A stretch of 64,000 nt of DNA from Alphaproteobacteria bacterium (GCA_963422665.1 OY730441.1:4194489-4258488); one strand, 5' to 3'. Numbered from the stretch's first letter, positions 46,450 to 58,568 are shown. Numbers and translations: made by a program. The notes: generated from the sequence alone by a model not told the origin.

Positions 46450-47253
46450 TTACTCGCCCGATTGCAGGATGAGGCCGCGCCGGCGCGCGATCTCGAAGGC
46501 GTAGAGGAAGAGCGCCGCGCCGCCGGCGAGATAGGCGACGTTCAGTCCCGCCGCCCACAGGAACAGGTCGGTGCGGAACGCGCCCTCGATCATCGCCGCG
46601 CGCATCCCCTCGAAGACATGGGCGGAAGGCAGCACGGCCGCAATCGCCTGCGCCGCCTTGGGCAGCACATCGACGGGGTAATAGACGGCGCTCAAGGGCG
46701 CCAGGATGAAGATCGACGCCCAGGCGAAGCTCTCGGCGGACAGGCCGTAGCGGATGAGCAGCGCGCAGACGGCGAGCCCGATGGCCCAGCCAAACACCAT
46801 CAGGTTGGCGAAGAACGCGATCAGCGGCAGGCCCAGCGAATAGATCGAGTATTCGTGCAGCAGCCAGGCGACGAGCGTCGCCGGCAGCAGGCCGAGCGAC
46901 GTGCGCAGCAGGCTCGCCAGCATCATCGCCGCCATGAGCTCGCCGGGCCTGAGCGGGCTCGCGAACAACTGGCCGAGATTGCGCGCCCACATCTCCTCCA
47001 GGAAGGAAATGCTGAGCCCGAGCTGGCCGCGAAACAGCACATCCCACAGCAGCACGCCCGCCAGCAGCGCCCCGGCCGCATTCGCCAGCCAGCTGCTGTG
47101 CTCCAGGAAGAACTTGGTGATGAAGCCCCACAGCGCGACCTGGACGATGGGCCAGTAGGCCAGCTCGACCATCCGCGGCACCGAGCCCCGGAACAGGTAG
47201 TAGTACCGGCCGAGCATGGCCCAGATGCGTCCCGGGCTCATGCCCGTCCGCAA
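46450..47253 (-). CDS. ABC-2 type transporter permease
   Basis: Six hydrophobic segments. No ATPase gene is adjacent. Confidence 0.65.
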   Translation of the reverse strand: MRTGMSPGRIWAMLGRYYYLFRGSVPRMVELAYWPIVQVALWGFITKFFLEHSSWLANAAGALLAGVLLWDVLFRGQLGLSISFLEEMWARNLGQLFASPLRPGELMAAMMLASLLRTSLGLLPATLVAWLLHEYSIYSLGLPLIAFFANLMVFGWAIGLAVCALLIRYGLSAESFAWASIFILAPLSAVYYPVDVLPKAAQAIAAVLPSAHVFEGMRAAMIEGAFRTDLFLWAAGLNVAYLAGGAALFLYAFEIARRRGLILQSGE

Positions 47254-47284
47254 GTCCCCGCCGCCGGGCGCTGTCCCGGCGGCA

Positions 47285-47737
47285 TCATTTGCCGTTTGCC
47301 TTCTTCCAGGCGGCGATTTCCGCCTTCAGCTCGTCATATTCCTCGCAGCCGAGCAGGCATATCCGGTCGAGCGCGGCCAGGTGCCGTTCCGCGCCTTCGA
47401 GGTCTCCTGTCAACAAGCGGAGCTCGCCTGCATATTCATGTGCGCCCTTGTGGTCCGGGTCGAGGAAGAGGGCGCGGGCGTAGGCATTCCGGGCTTTCTC
47501 GAAGCGGCCGAGCTTGCGGTTGGCGTAGCCGAGCCAGTTGAACGCATCGGCGCTGGTCCGGTTTTTCTCGATATGGACCTCGAGGTCGGCGACAGCCTGT
47601 TCGTATTCGCCGGCCTCGATCTTCTTCTCGATGGCCGCGAGCGGTCCGGACTTGCCGCCGCCGCTGCCGCTGCCGAGAGCGAACGCCGTTCCCGCCATGC
47701 ACATGATCGCGGCCGCCAGTGCCCATCTGCCCATCAT
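47285..47737 (-). CDS. TPR-repeat protein with signal peptide
   Basis: MMGRWALAAAIMCMAGTAFA signal, then TPR-like helices (NWLGYANRKLGRFEKARNAYARAL). Confidence 0.55.
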   Translation of the reverse strand: MMGRWALAAAIMCMAGTAFALGSGSGGGKSGPLAAIEKKIEAGEYEQAVADLEVHIEKNRTSADAFNWLGYANRKLGRFEKARNAYARALFLDPDHKGAHEYAGELRLLTGDLEGAERHLAALDRICLLGCEEYDELKAEIAAWKKANGK

Positions 47738-47840
47738 GCGCTGCTTCCCCGGATGTGCCATTCTCTTTCAGAATAGAGTTAGGCGGCCGGCGGGCTTGCA
47801 TCAAGCGGCGATCGGTCACGAAACGGGGAAGGGATGCCGC

Positions 47841-48980
47841 ATGCCGCTCACGGGAGTGCGCGTCGTCGAACTCGCGCAGATCATCGCCGGCCCGGTCGTC
47901 GGGCAGGTGCTGGGCGAGCTCGGGGCCGATGTCATCAAGGTCGAGCGCCCGGAAGGCGACGAGTCGCGCCGCTGGACGCCGCCGGTCTGGTTCGGCGCGG
48001 CCCCGACCTTCCACGGCGTCAACCGCTCCAAGCGGTCGGTATCGCTGGACCTCACGCAGGAGGACGGCCGTGCGCGCCTGATGAAGCTGGTGCGCGGCGC
48101 GGATGTGTTCGTCCAGAACCTCCGCCCCGGCGTCACGGCGAAGCTCGGCCTCAACCCGGAAACGCTGCTCCGCGAGAACCCGCGCCTCGTCTATTGCGAC
48201 ATGGGCGCATTCGGCCACAAGGGGCCGAAACGGCTCGACCCCGGCTTCGAGGTCCTGTTCCAGGCATTCTCCGGCCTGATGGACAATACCGGCGACCCCG
48301 ACGGCGACCCGATGCGTATGGGGGCGGCGGTCTGCGACCTCGGCACGGGCCTCTGGACGGCGCTCGGGGCGCTTGCCGGGCTGCGCCAGCGGGAGCGGAC
48401 GAGCAGGGGAGTCGTGGTCAACACCTCGCTGCTCGAAACGGCCATGTTCCTGCTGACGACGCAATTCGTCTCGCACAAGGCGACCGGACGCAGGCCCGTG
48501 CGCCATCCAACCGGCAGCCCCCGCGTAGTCGTGTTCGAGGCGTTCGATGCCGCCGATGGGCGCCTTCTGATTACCGCGGCGACGGACCGGCTGTTCAAGC
48601 GCCTCGGGCGCGCGCTCGGCCGGGCCGACTGGGCCGAGAGCCCGGCGTTCGAGGGCAATGCCGCCCGCATGGAGCGGCATGGGGAGATCGTGCGGGATCT
48701 CCAGGCGGCCCTGGCGGAAGGCCGCGTGCGGGAGTGGATGGAAGTCTTCGAGGCCGCGGGAGTGCCGGCGTCGCCGATCAACAATCTGGTCGAGGCGTTG
48801 CAGGAGCCGCAGGTGCAGGCGCTCGACATGGTTGTGGATGTGCCGGAGCGGGACGGCATGCAGGCGCTGGCCCTGCCCGTTTCCTTCGACGGCCGCCGCC
48901 CGGCGGTGCGCACGCCCGCCCCCGGTCTCGGCGCCGACAATGCGCTGTTCGACCTCGACGATCCCTGGGCCGGCGCTTGA
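47841..48980 (+). CDS. CoA transferase family III (CaiB/BaiF-type), second paralog in window
   Basis: MPLTGVRVVELAQIIAGPVVGQVLGELGADVIKVE. Confidence 0.8.
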   Translation: MPLTGVRVVELAQIIAGPVVGQVLGELGADVIKVERPEGDESRRWTPPVWFGAAPTFHGVNRSKRSVSLDLTQEDGRARLMKLVRGADVFVQNLRPGVTAKLGLNPETLLRENPRLVYCDMGAFGHKGPKRLDPGFEVLFQAFSGLMDNTGDPDGDPMRMGAAVCDLGTGLWTALGALAGLRQRERTSRGVVVNTSLLETAMFLLTTQFVSHKATGRRPVRHPTGSPRVVVFEAFDAADGRLLITAATDRLFKRLGRALGRADWAESPAFEGNAARMERHGEIVRDLQAALAEGRVREWMEVFEAAGVPASPINNLVEALQEPQVQALDMVVDVPERDGMQALALPVSFDGRRPAVRTPAPGLGADNALFDLDDPWAGA

Positions 48981-49016
48981 CAGGCGGGCGCGCTCTGCCT
49001 AGACGGTCCGACCTCC

Positions 49017-49091
49017 GGGCGCGTAGCTCAGCGGGAGAGCACTGTCTTCACACGGCAGGGGTCGCTGGTTCAATCCCAGCCGCGCCCACCA
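49017..49091 (+). tRNA. tRNA-Val (anticodon CAC)
   Basis: Cloverleaf folded by hand: a 7-bp acceptor stem GGGCGCG/CGCGCCC, D-loop AGCGGGAG, anticodon loop TTCACAC, TpsiC GGTTCAATCC, 3' ACCA. Coordinates are +/-1. Confidence 0.8.
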
Positions 49092-49126
49092 TCCATTGCG
49101 TTCTATTGCGTTGCGAGACCGGGACA

Positions 49127-49282
49127 ATGCGCAAACGGAAGCCGCCGCCGAAACGGCGCAACCCGGTGGCCCGCTCCTTGCTCACGCTGCGCCCGCAGCG
49201 GGTCCGAAACCGCAAGGCCTATACTCGCAAGGGGCGCCGCAAGGCGCCCGATTTCGTTCCGGAGCCCTCCGAAACAAAGTAA
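49127..49282 (+). CDS. hypothetical ultra-basic small protein (51 aa)
   Basis: MRKRKPPPKRRNPVARSLLTLRPQRVRNRKAYTRKGRRKAPDF... lies directly 3' of the tRNA. It could equally be non-coding. Confidence 0.25.
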   Translation: MRKRKPPPKRRNPVARSLLTLRPQRVRNRKAYTRKGRRKAPDFVPEPSETK

Positions 49283-49351
49283 CCCCGCCTCGGGCATCCG
49301 CGTAATTGCAGGTGTAGCGCCGGGCCGCGCTTTGGGCCAATCTGGCGCCCC

Positions 49352-50383
49352 ATGGACCTGCACCTCTTCATCAGCGCCGAGCATCGCCCGGACGTCCATA
49401 TGGGCGAGAAGATGGCCGAGCATGTCGAGCAGCTCCGCCTCGCCCGCGAGGGCGGCTTCGACGGTGTGGCGATCGGCAATCACCTCTCCTACGGCGATAC
49501 CGCGTGGTTTCCGCCGCTGGAGACGCTGCTGCACCTCGCGCCCGACGCCGGCGGCATGCAGATCGCCACCTGCATGCTGATCCTGCCGCTCTACCATCCT
49601 TTCCAGGTGGCCGAGCAGGCGGCGCTGCTCGACGCGGTTTCCGGCGGCAGGTTCACGCTCGGCGTCGCGCCCGGCTGGCAGCGGGACGAATTCGAGCTGA
49701 TGGGGCTCGAATTCGCACACCGGATCGGCCGCTATCTGGAGGGGGTCGATCTCGTCCGGCGGCTGTTCACGGAGGAAGCGGTCGACTTCTCCGGCAGGCA
49801 TTTCGCGGCGAAGGATCTCACGCTCGCGCTGAAGCCGGTGCGTCGCCCCCGGCCGCCGATGTGGTTCGGCGGCAGCGTCGAGGCGGCGGTCGAGCGGGCG
49901 GCCCGCCTGGCCGACACGAGGCTGGGCGATAGCTGGGTCGCCTCCTCGCATCTGGTGGGCAATGTCGTCAGGCGCCAGGCTGAATGCTTCCGCGAAGCGC
50001 TTGAGGCGCTCGGCAAGCCCGTGCCCGCCCGTTTCCCGATGCTGCGCAATATCGTGGTCGCGCCGGACCGGGAAACGGCGGTCCGCGAGGCGGGGCCGTT
50101 CCTGGAAGCCAGCTACCGGGTCTTCGGGCAGTGGGGCCTGTTCAGGACCATAGGCGGGGTCGGCAAGGAGGAGCCCGACCTCGACGAACTGCTTGCCGGG
50201 CGGGTCGTGATGGGCTCGCCGGAAGAGGTCGCGGACGAACTGCTGTCGCTCTCGGAGGCGACCGGCTGCAACCGCATCGTCACCCGCATCCAGTGGCTCG
50301 GCATGGACCAGCGGCTCGTGCTGCGCAGCATCGACTTGCTGGCCGACCGGGTTCTGCCGATGCTCCGCAAGGAAACGCGCTGA
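49352..50383 (+). CDS. LLM-class flavin-dependent oxidoreductase (third in window)
   Basis: Luciferase-like monooxygenase motifs (GFDGVAIGNHL..., GGRFTLGVAPGW). Confidence 0.75.
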   Translation: MDLHLFISAEHRPDVHMGEKMAEHVEQLRLAREGGFDGVAIGNHLSYGDTAWFPPLETLLHLAPDAGGMQIATCMLILPLYHPFQVAEQAALLDAVSGGRFTLGVAPGWQRDEFELMGLEFAHRIGRYLEGVDLVRRLFTEEAVDFSGRHFAAKDLTLALKPVRRPRPPMWFGGSVEAAVERAARLADTRLGDSWVASSHLVGNVVRRQAECFREALEALGKPVPARFPMLRNIVVAPDRETAVREAGPFLEASYRVFGQWGLFRTIGGVGKEEPDLDELLAGRVVMGSPEEVADELLSLSEATGCNRIVTRIQWLGMDQRLVLRSIDLLADRVLPMLRKETR

Positions 50384-50402
50384 CGCTTGGGGAAGGGGCG
50401 CC

Positions 50403-50843
50403 ATGACGGAAATTCACAGGGGCGGATGCCATTGCGGCAATATCCGCGTGGCCTACCGCACGGCGAAGCCCGTGTCGCAATGGCCGATCCGGGCCTGCCA
50501 GTGCAGCTTCTGCCGCAAGCATGGTGTGCGCGCCACCGGCGACCCGGACGGGCTGCTGGAGATCGCGGTTGCGAACGAGGCGAATGTGGACCGCTACCGC
50601 TTCGGCCTCGGCATCACCGACTTCCTCATCTGCCGGGCCTGCGGCGTCTATGTCTCGGCGCTGGTGGAGGAGCCGGACGGCCTGCTGGCGACGCTCATCG
50701 TCAATGTGCTCGACCTGCCGCAGGACGGGTTCCCCGAGCCGGCCCCGGCGCATTATGACGACGAGACCGCCGAACAACGCCTGGCTCGCCGCCGCCTGCG
50801 CTGGACGCCGGCTGCCATGACGGCGCCGACGGCGCTCGCCTGA
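50403..50843 (+). CDS. GFA-family (glutathione-dependent formaldehyde-activating enzyme-like, CENP-V fold) protein
   Basis: Zn-binding Cys pattern GGCHCGNIRV...C.C..CRKHG....C.ACG. Confidence 0.7.
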   Translation: MTEIHRGGCHCGNIRVAYRTAKPVSQWPIRACQCSFCRKHGVRATGDPDGLLEIAVANEANVDRYRFGLGITDFLICRACGVYVSALVEEPDGLLATLIVNVLDLPQDGFPEPAPAHYDDETAEQRLARRRLRWTPAAMTAPTALA

Positions 50844-50879
50844 CGATACAATCATCCGATTTCCGGGAGGGTTCCCCCC

Positions 50880-51854
50880 ATGCCGCTCGACAACCCCGTC
50901 ATCGTGGACGGCCTGATCGTCTCCGACTGGAGCCGCGAGGTCTTCGAGGAGATGCGCGACGGCGGCCTGACCGCCGCCAACTGCACCTGCGCCGTCTGGC
51001 ACAATTTCCGCGAGACGATGGACAATATCGCGGCCTGGCGGAGCTATTTCCGCGACCATGCCGACATTCTGGTCCAGGCCCGCTCCGTCGCCGACATTCG
51101 CGCGGCGAAAGAGGCGGGCAAGGTCGCGGTCTTCCTCGGCTGGCAGAACAGCTATCCGATCGAGGACCGGGTGGACTACCTGCCGCTCTTCCACGATCTC
51201 GGCGTGCGCGTGATCCAGCTCACCTACAACACGCAGAATCTGGTCGGCTCGGGCTGCTGGGAGAGTCGGGACAGCGGGCTTTCGGATTTCGGGCGCGATG
51301 TCATCGACGAGATGAACCGGCTCGGCATCCTGGTCGATCTCAGCCATGTCGGCGACGGGACGAGCCGGGACGCCATCCTGCATTCGAAGCAGCCGGTGGC
51401 CTACACCCATTGCGCCCCCAACGCGCTCTACGACCACCCGCGCAACAAGCCGGACGAGATGCTGAAGCTGATCTCCGGGCGCGGCGGCTTCATCGGCGTC
51501 GTGGCCTACACGCCGTTCATGGCGCAGCAGGGCGCGGCCACGGTGGACGATGTGGTGGCGCTACTCGACCACACCATCGCTGTGGCGGGCGAGGGCAGCG
51601 TCGGCATCGGCACCGATTTCACCCAGGGCCACGGCGTCGGTTTCTTCGAATATCTGCGCGCCGACAAGGGCCGCGGCCGCGCGCTCTCGGCGCCCATGGC
51701 CGAGCGCCCGCCCAACCCGAAGGGCCTCGACGGGATGCGCGACTATCCGAACCTGCTCGCCGCCATGGACCGCGCCGGCTGGACGGATGCGCGCATCGAG
51801 AAGGTCGCCGGCGAAAACTGGCTCCGCTTCCTCGGAGAGGTGTGGGGCGAGTAG
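50880..51854 (+). CDS. membrane dipeptidase (peptidase family M19)
   Basis: VIVDGLIVSD...HNF...VDLSHV motifs of renal-dipeptidase homologues. Confidence 0.8.
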   Translation: MPLDNPVIVDGLIVSDWSREVFEEMRDGGLTAANCTCAVWHNFRETMDNIAAWRSYFRDHADILVQARSVADIRAAKEAGKVAVFLGWQNSYPIEDRVDYLPLFHDLGVRVIQLTYNTQNLVGSGCWESRDSGLSDFGRDVIDEMNRLGILVDLSHVGDGTSRDAILHSKQPVAYTHCAPNALYDHPRNKPDEMLKLISGRGGFIGVVAYTPFMAQQGAATVDDVVALLDHTIAVAGEGSVGIGTDFTQGHGVGFFEYLRADKGRGRALSAPMAERPPNPKGLDGMRDYPNLLAAMDRAGWTDARIEKVAGENWLRFLGEVWGE

Positions 51855-51899
51855 GGAAGGCCGCGATCCGAGCTGCCCGGACGCGCGTTCTCCGCGTTT

Positions 51900-52204
51900 C
51901 GTACGAGACATCGAAAGAATTAAATCCCGCGAATGGCTTGATCCTCAGGAAGCTGTGCTGCAATGGGTGCGAGAAAGGCGGCTTCCGGGGCGGTTGCTGG
52001 CGCGGATTGTGCGCGGCTGCGACCGGCTGCTTGTCGAGGCGATGAAGTGCCATGAGGACCGGACGCCGCCGCTCCCGGCGCGACGCCGACGACTTCGCCA
52101 TCCTGCGCTCCGTCATCGCCACAGCCCAAAAGCAGCGCCGCAATGTCCTCAAGACCCCGATGGGCTCGCCCGAAAGCTTCATCAAGGACATCCAATACGC
52201 CTGA
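51900..52204 (+). pseudogene. possible transposase C-terminal remnant (family unassigned)
   Basis: The frame ending at 52204 reads ...DADDFAILRSVIATAQKQRRNVLKTPMGSPESFIKDIQYA*. Transposase-like fragments run through the other frames, and there is no start context. Weak call. Confidence 0.2.
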
Positions 52205-52256
52205 AACAAAACCAGGCAAGCCCCGGGCAATAGCCAACATCCTGGGCGGTTACGTT

Positions 52257-52325
52257 CTGTCATGCTCCGGCGTCATCTCCCTGCTTCCATTGCCGCCCGG
52301 CTCGGAGGCGACCCTGTTTCGCGCG
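52257..52325 (+). repeat. dispersed repeat copy B (TGTCATG + 60-bp conserved tail)
   Basis: ctgtcatgctccggcgtcatctccctgcttccattgccgcccgg...ccctgtttcgc aligns at about 85% to 52621-52690 and partly to 12140-12230. Confidence 0.75.
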
Positions 52326-52373
52326 TATCGCGGGCGCGGGCATGTGCGGGCTTCGCGCACTCTCTCCAGAGTC

Positions 52374-52461
52374 ATGCCCGGACTTGTTCCGGGCATCTCC
52401 CTCGGGCAGGCCCCGCCCTAGGGAGCGGCGGCGTGTGGATGCCCGGAACAAGTTCGGGCAT
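52374..52461. repeat. paired palindromic hairpins ATGCCCGGA-N5-TCCGGGCAT (x2, mutually inverted) with nested CTCCCT/AGGGAG stem
   Basis: Seen in the sequence; a REP/RIME-like structured intergenic element. Confidence 0.7.
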
Positions 52462-52600
52462 GACGAAAGAGGACGCGGCGCCCCCGACCTCCAATGCTCC
52501 CTCCTGCGCTTGTGAGGGAAGGCCTGCCCCGGACCGCGGGGTTGGGGTGGGAGGCTGTCCCGGTCCGGCATGGCCTCACTAGAGGAGACCTCTGGCGAAG

Positions 52601-52690
52601 TGTCATGAAATGTCATGTTCTGTCATGCTCCGGCGGCGTCTCCCTGCTTCCGTTGCCGCCCGGCCCGGGGCAACCCTGTTTCGCCCGCGC
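52601..52690 (+). repeat. dispersed repeat copy C: 3x TGTCATG iterons at 10-bp spacing + conserved tail
   Basis: TGTCATGaaaTGTCATGttcTGTCATGctccggcggcgtctccctgcttccgttgccgcccgg...ccctgtttcgc. Confidence 0.8.
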
Positions 52691-52825
52691 TCGCGAGACG
52701 TGACCCCGGAAGCTGCTGCTCTCAGGATTATTCTAGCACACTTTCTACTTTGTAAACCCCTATACTGGAATTATTTCATATTTCGCGAACCGGCGCCGCT
52801 CCGGGTCCAGGCCGCCCGGCCGCCT

Positions 52826-53821
52826 TCAGAACCGGTCGAACAGGGCTTGCAGTGCTTCGGGGTCGCGTGTGCGGGCGAGGCCGAGCATCAGGAGGATGCG
52901 GGCCTTCTGGACGGTCAGGTTGTCGGCCAGCACCGTGCCCTTCGGCCGGCGATGCTCCAGCGGCGCGAGGCGCCCGGCACCGGCGCGGGTGCCCATGACG
53001 AAGGTGACGCCGCGCGCCATCACCTCTTCCATGACCTCATGTTCCTCGGGCGTGGGCATGCCGGGGGCGAGCGCGGCCATGACGATGCCCTCCGCGCCGA
53101 TATCCGCCATCGCGCGCAGCACCGCGCCGTCCGAGCCGCCGTAGGAATAGGCGATCTCGACGCGCGGGAAGCGGTCCGGCAGGCCGAGTTCGCGCGCCGC
53201 TGCCGGCGCATGGACCCGGACCGGCCGGCGGTAGATCGCGATCCGGTCCTCGTCGGCATGGCCGAGCACGCCGAAATCCGGCGCCTTGAAGGTCTGCGCA
53301 CGGGCGCTGTGCGTCTTGGTGACCTCGCGCGCGGCGTGGATTTCGTCGTTCAGGAGCGTCAGCACGCCCATGCCGCGCGCTTCCGGCGCGCCCGCTACGC
53401 GCACGGCGTTCACCAGGTTGAGGAAAGCGTCGGTGGAGAGCGCCGAGGCCGGACGCTGCGCGCCCACCAGCACCACGGTCTTCCCGGTCTCGACCGTGAG
53501 GTTGAGGAAATAGGCGGTCTCCTCCAGCGTCGCCGTCCCGTGCGTAATGGCGATGCCGTCGATCTCCGGCCGCGCGGCGGTCTCGTGGACGCAGGCGAGC
53601 AGGTCCGGCCACACCGCCGGCCCCATCTCCGTCGAGGGAATGGCGCGGAACGGGACCGGCGCGATGTCCGCCACGCGGTCGAGCTCCGGCACCTTCGCGA
53701 TCACTTCCTCGACGCTGAGGACGGTGGAGTTGTCCACATAGGTGGCGATCTCCAGGCTGTGGCGGCCCATGGATGAGAGCGTGCCGCCGGTGCCGATCAC
53801 CGCGACGGTCGGGCGCGTCAT
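52826..53821 (-). CDS. L-asparaginase (type II/asparaginase-glutaminase family)
   Basis: VAVIGTGGTLSS...TVVLVGAQRP...GIAITHGTATLEET are asparaginase hallmark motifs. Confidence 0.8.
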   Translation of the reverse strand: MTRPTVAVIGTGGTLSSMGRHSLEIATYVDNSTVLSVEEVIAKVPELDRVADIAPVPFRAIPSTEMGPAVWPDLLACVHETAARPEIDGIAITHGTATLEETAYFLNLTVETGKTVVLVGAQRPASALSTDAFLNLVNAVRVAGAPEARGMGVLTLLNDEIHAAREVTKTHSARAQTFKAPDFGVLGHADEDRIAIYRRPVRVHAPAAARELGLPDRFPRVEIAYSYGGSDGAVLRAMADIGAEGIVMAALAPGMPTPEEHEVMEEVMARGVTFVMGTRAGAGRLAPLEHRRPKGTVLADNLTVQKARILLMLGLARTRDPEALQALFDRF

Positions 53822-53842
53822 GGCTTCAAATCCTTCCGGGGT

Positions 53843-56512
<2,670 letters not shown>

Positions 56513-56582
56513 GATGCGAAAGCCTCCAGCTTGCCGAAATCCATGCAGGCCGGAGTTTGCGCCCGAACCCGCACCCTTGGGT

Positions 56583-56601
56583 GCTAACTATCTAAGTTAG
56601 C
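56583..56601. promoter_or_regulatory. palindrome GCTAACT-N5-AGTTAGC about 70 bp upstream of acnA start
   Basis: A perfect 7-bp inverted repeat in the acnA 5' region; a candidate operator. Confidence 0.3.
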
Positions 56602-56688
56602 GCCGTTTTCTCTCCCAGAATTTTGCAACTGGGGAACCGGATTGTAACCGTTTGTTCCCCGGCTGCAACCGGAGCCGGGAGAAACCGT

Positions 56689-56942
56689 ATGCCCCGAACC
56701 ACCCTCGCTGAGGCCCGCGTCAGGGCGCTCAAGCCTCGCAGGGTAGTCCGCGATATCCGCGGCGACAAGCTCAGGGGGGCGGCGTCCGCATGTCGCCCTC
56801 GGGCCGCAGGCAGTTCTTCATCCGGTGCCGGCATCGGGGCGAACGCATCTGGAAGACCGTCGGCGATGCCGGGGACAAGCGTGTCATGGAAGCGCGGGCT
56901 TCGGCAACAGCGGCGCAATCCGCGCCTGCTCCTCATCTATGA
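56689..56942 (+). pseudogene. tyrosine-integrase N-terminal (DUF4102/arm-binding) remnant, frameshifted
   Basis: MPRTTLAEARVRALKPRRVVRDIRGDKLRG, then in another frame FGVRMSPSGRRQFFIRCRHRGERIWKTVGDAGDKRVMEARASA. There is no catalytic domain. Confidence 0.5.
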
Positions 56943-57169
56943 GATCGGTCGGATAACGCTTCGTCTTCCGCTCGATCGCGACCATGCGGCCTCGCGTCGC
57001 TTGTGTCCATATGCACAGCGTGAATCACAAACCCCTTGGCCTCGCAAGGCCATTCTCAAACGGACTCTCAGGCAGGGGACGAACCCTACCGCTGGAAACT
57101 CGGGTCCGGTAGACTGCCGGACCCTGCAGCCCGGCGCCGCCGCGGCGAACGATATCTTTGGAGGTCCCG

Positions 57170-58486
57170 ATGAAATCCAAGTTCCTGCTGACCGCGGTTG
57201 GCGCAGCGATGGCCGTTGTCTATGCCGGCTCGGCCCTGGCCGCGACCGAAATCCAGTGGTGGCACGCCATGGGCGGCAAGCTCGGCGAAAAGGTCGTCGA
57301 AATCGCCGAGGGATTCAACACATCCCAGTCCGACTACAAGGTGACGCCCGTTTACAAGGGCAACTACACCGAGACCATGACGGCCGCCATTGCAGCATTC
57401 CGGGCCAGGCAGCAGCCTCATATCGTGCAAGTGTTCGAAGTGGGCACGGCCAGCATGATGGCGGCCAAAGGGGCGATCTATCCAGTCTACCAGATGATGG
57501 CGGATGCAGGCGAGGCCTTCGATCCGGGCGCCTATCTCGCCTCGGTCGCCGGCTACTACACCGATACCGACGGCAACATGCTGTCCATGCCGTTCAACAG
57601 CTCGACGCCGGTGCTCTACTACAACAAGACAGCGTTCGAGAAGGCCGGGATTTCCGAGGCGCCGAAGACCTGGCCGGAAGTCGAGGCTGCCGCCAGGAAG
57701 GCGCAGGCCGCCGGTTATCCCTGCGGTTTCACGACGGGTTGGCAATCCTGGGTGCAGATCGAGAATTTCTCGGCCTGGCACAACCTGTCCATCGGCACCA
57801 GGGCCAACGGCTTCGCCGGCACCGATACCGAGTTCGTCTTCAACGGCCCGGATCACGCCAAACATATCGGACAGCTCGCCGAGTGGCAGAAATCGAAGGT
57901 CTTCGACTATGGCGGCCGGCGTTCGGAGAGCGCGCCGAAGTTCTACGGGCAGGAATGCGTGATGTACATGAACTCGTCCGCGTCCTATGCCGGAGTGAAG
58001 GCCAACGCCAAGGACTTCGAGTTCGGCGTCTCCGCGCTGCCCCACTGGGCGGATGTCGGAAGCGCTCCGCAGAACACCATAATCGGCGGCGCAACCCTTT
58101 GGGTGCTGCAGGGGCACGAGGCGGAAGACTACAAGGCCGCGGCGAAGTTTTTCTCCTACCTGTCCTCGGCGGAGGTGCAGGCGGACTGGCACCAGTTCAC
58201 CGGCTATCTGCCGATCACGACGGCCGCTTATGAACTCACCGCCTCGCAGGGCTTCTACGACAGGAACCCCGGCACGGACGTTGCGATCCAGCAGATGACG
58301 GGCAAGGCCCCGACCGAGAATTCCAAGGGCCTGAGATTCGGCAACTTCGTCCAGATCCGCGACATCATCAATGAGGAGCTGGAAGCGATCTGGGGCGGCG
58401 CCAAGTCGGCGCAGGAAGGGCTGGACGACGCCGTTTCGCGCGGCAATGCGCTCCTGCGCAAGTTCGAGGCGGCGACCGGAGGCTGA
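57170..58486 (+). CDS. ugpB: sn-glycerol-3-phosphate ABC transporter substrate-binding protein
   Basis: Signal peptide plus SBP fold; first gene of a ugp-type operon. Confidence 0.8.
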   Translation: MKSKFLLTAVGAAMAVVYAGSALAATEIQWWHAMGGKLGEKVVEIAEGFNTSQSDYKVTPVYKGNYTETMTAAIAAFRARQQPHIVQVFEVGTASMMAAKGAIYPVYQMMADAGEAFDPGAYLASVAGYYTDTDGNMLSMPFNSSTPVLYYNKTAFEKAGISEAPKTWPEVEAAARKAQAAGYPCGFTTGWQSWVQIENFSAWHNLSIGTRANGFAGTDTEFVFNGPDHAKHIGQLAEWQKSKVFDYGGRRSESAPKFYGQECVMYMNSSASYAGVKANAKDFEFGVSALPHWADVGSAPQNTIIGGATLWVLQGHEAEDYKAAAKFFSYLSSAEVQADWHQFTGYLPITTAAYELTASQGFYDRNPGTDVAIQQMTGKAPTENSKGLRFGNFVQIRDIINEELEAIWGGAKSAQEGLDDAVSRGNALLRKFEAATGG

Positions 58487-58568
58487 CCGGCACTTCGCGC
58501 TCGTCCGGCGGCTTCGCCTGTAAACGGGGTGCGAAGCCGCCGGGCGTCCCGTCCTGCACCGCCGCGCC

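Noticed and set aside
47285-47761. Possible link of the TPR protein/ABC-2 permease/CoA-binding/metY string to a SAM riboswitch
   Set aside because: The genes are contiguous on the minus strand with short gaps. No SAM-II-like pseudoknot sequence was apparent upstream of metY or of the string, and I cannot verify a riboswitch without covariance search.
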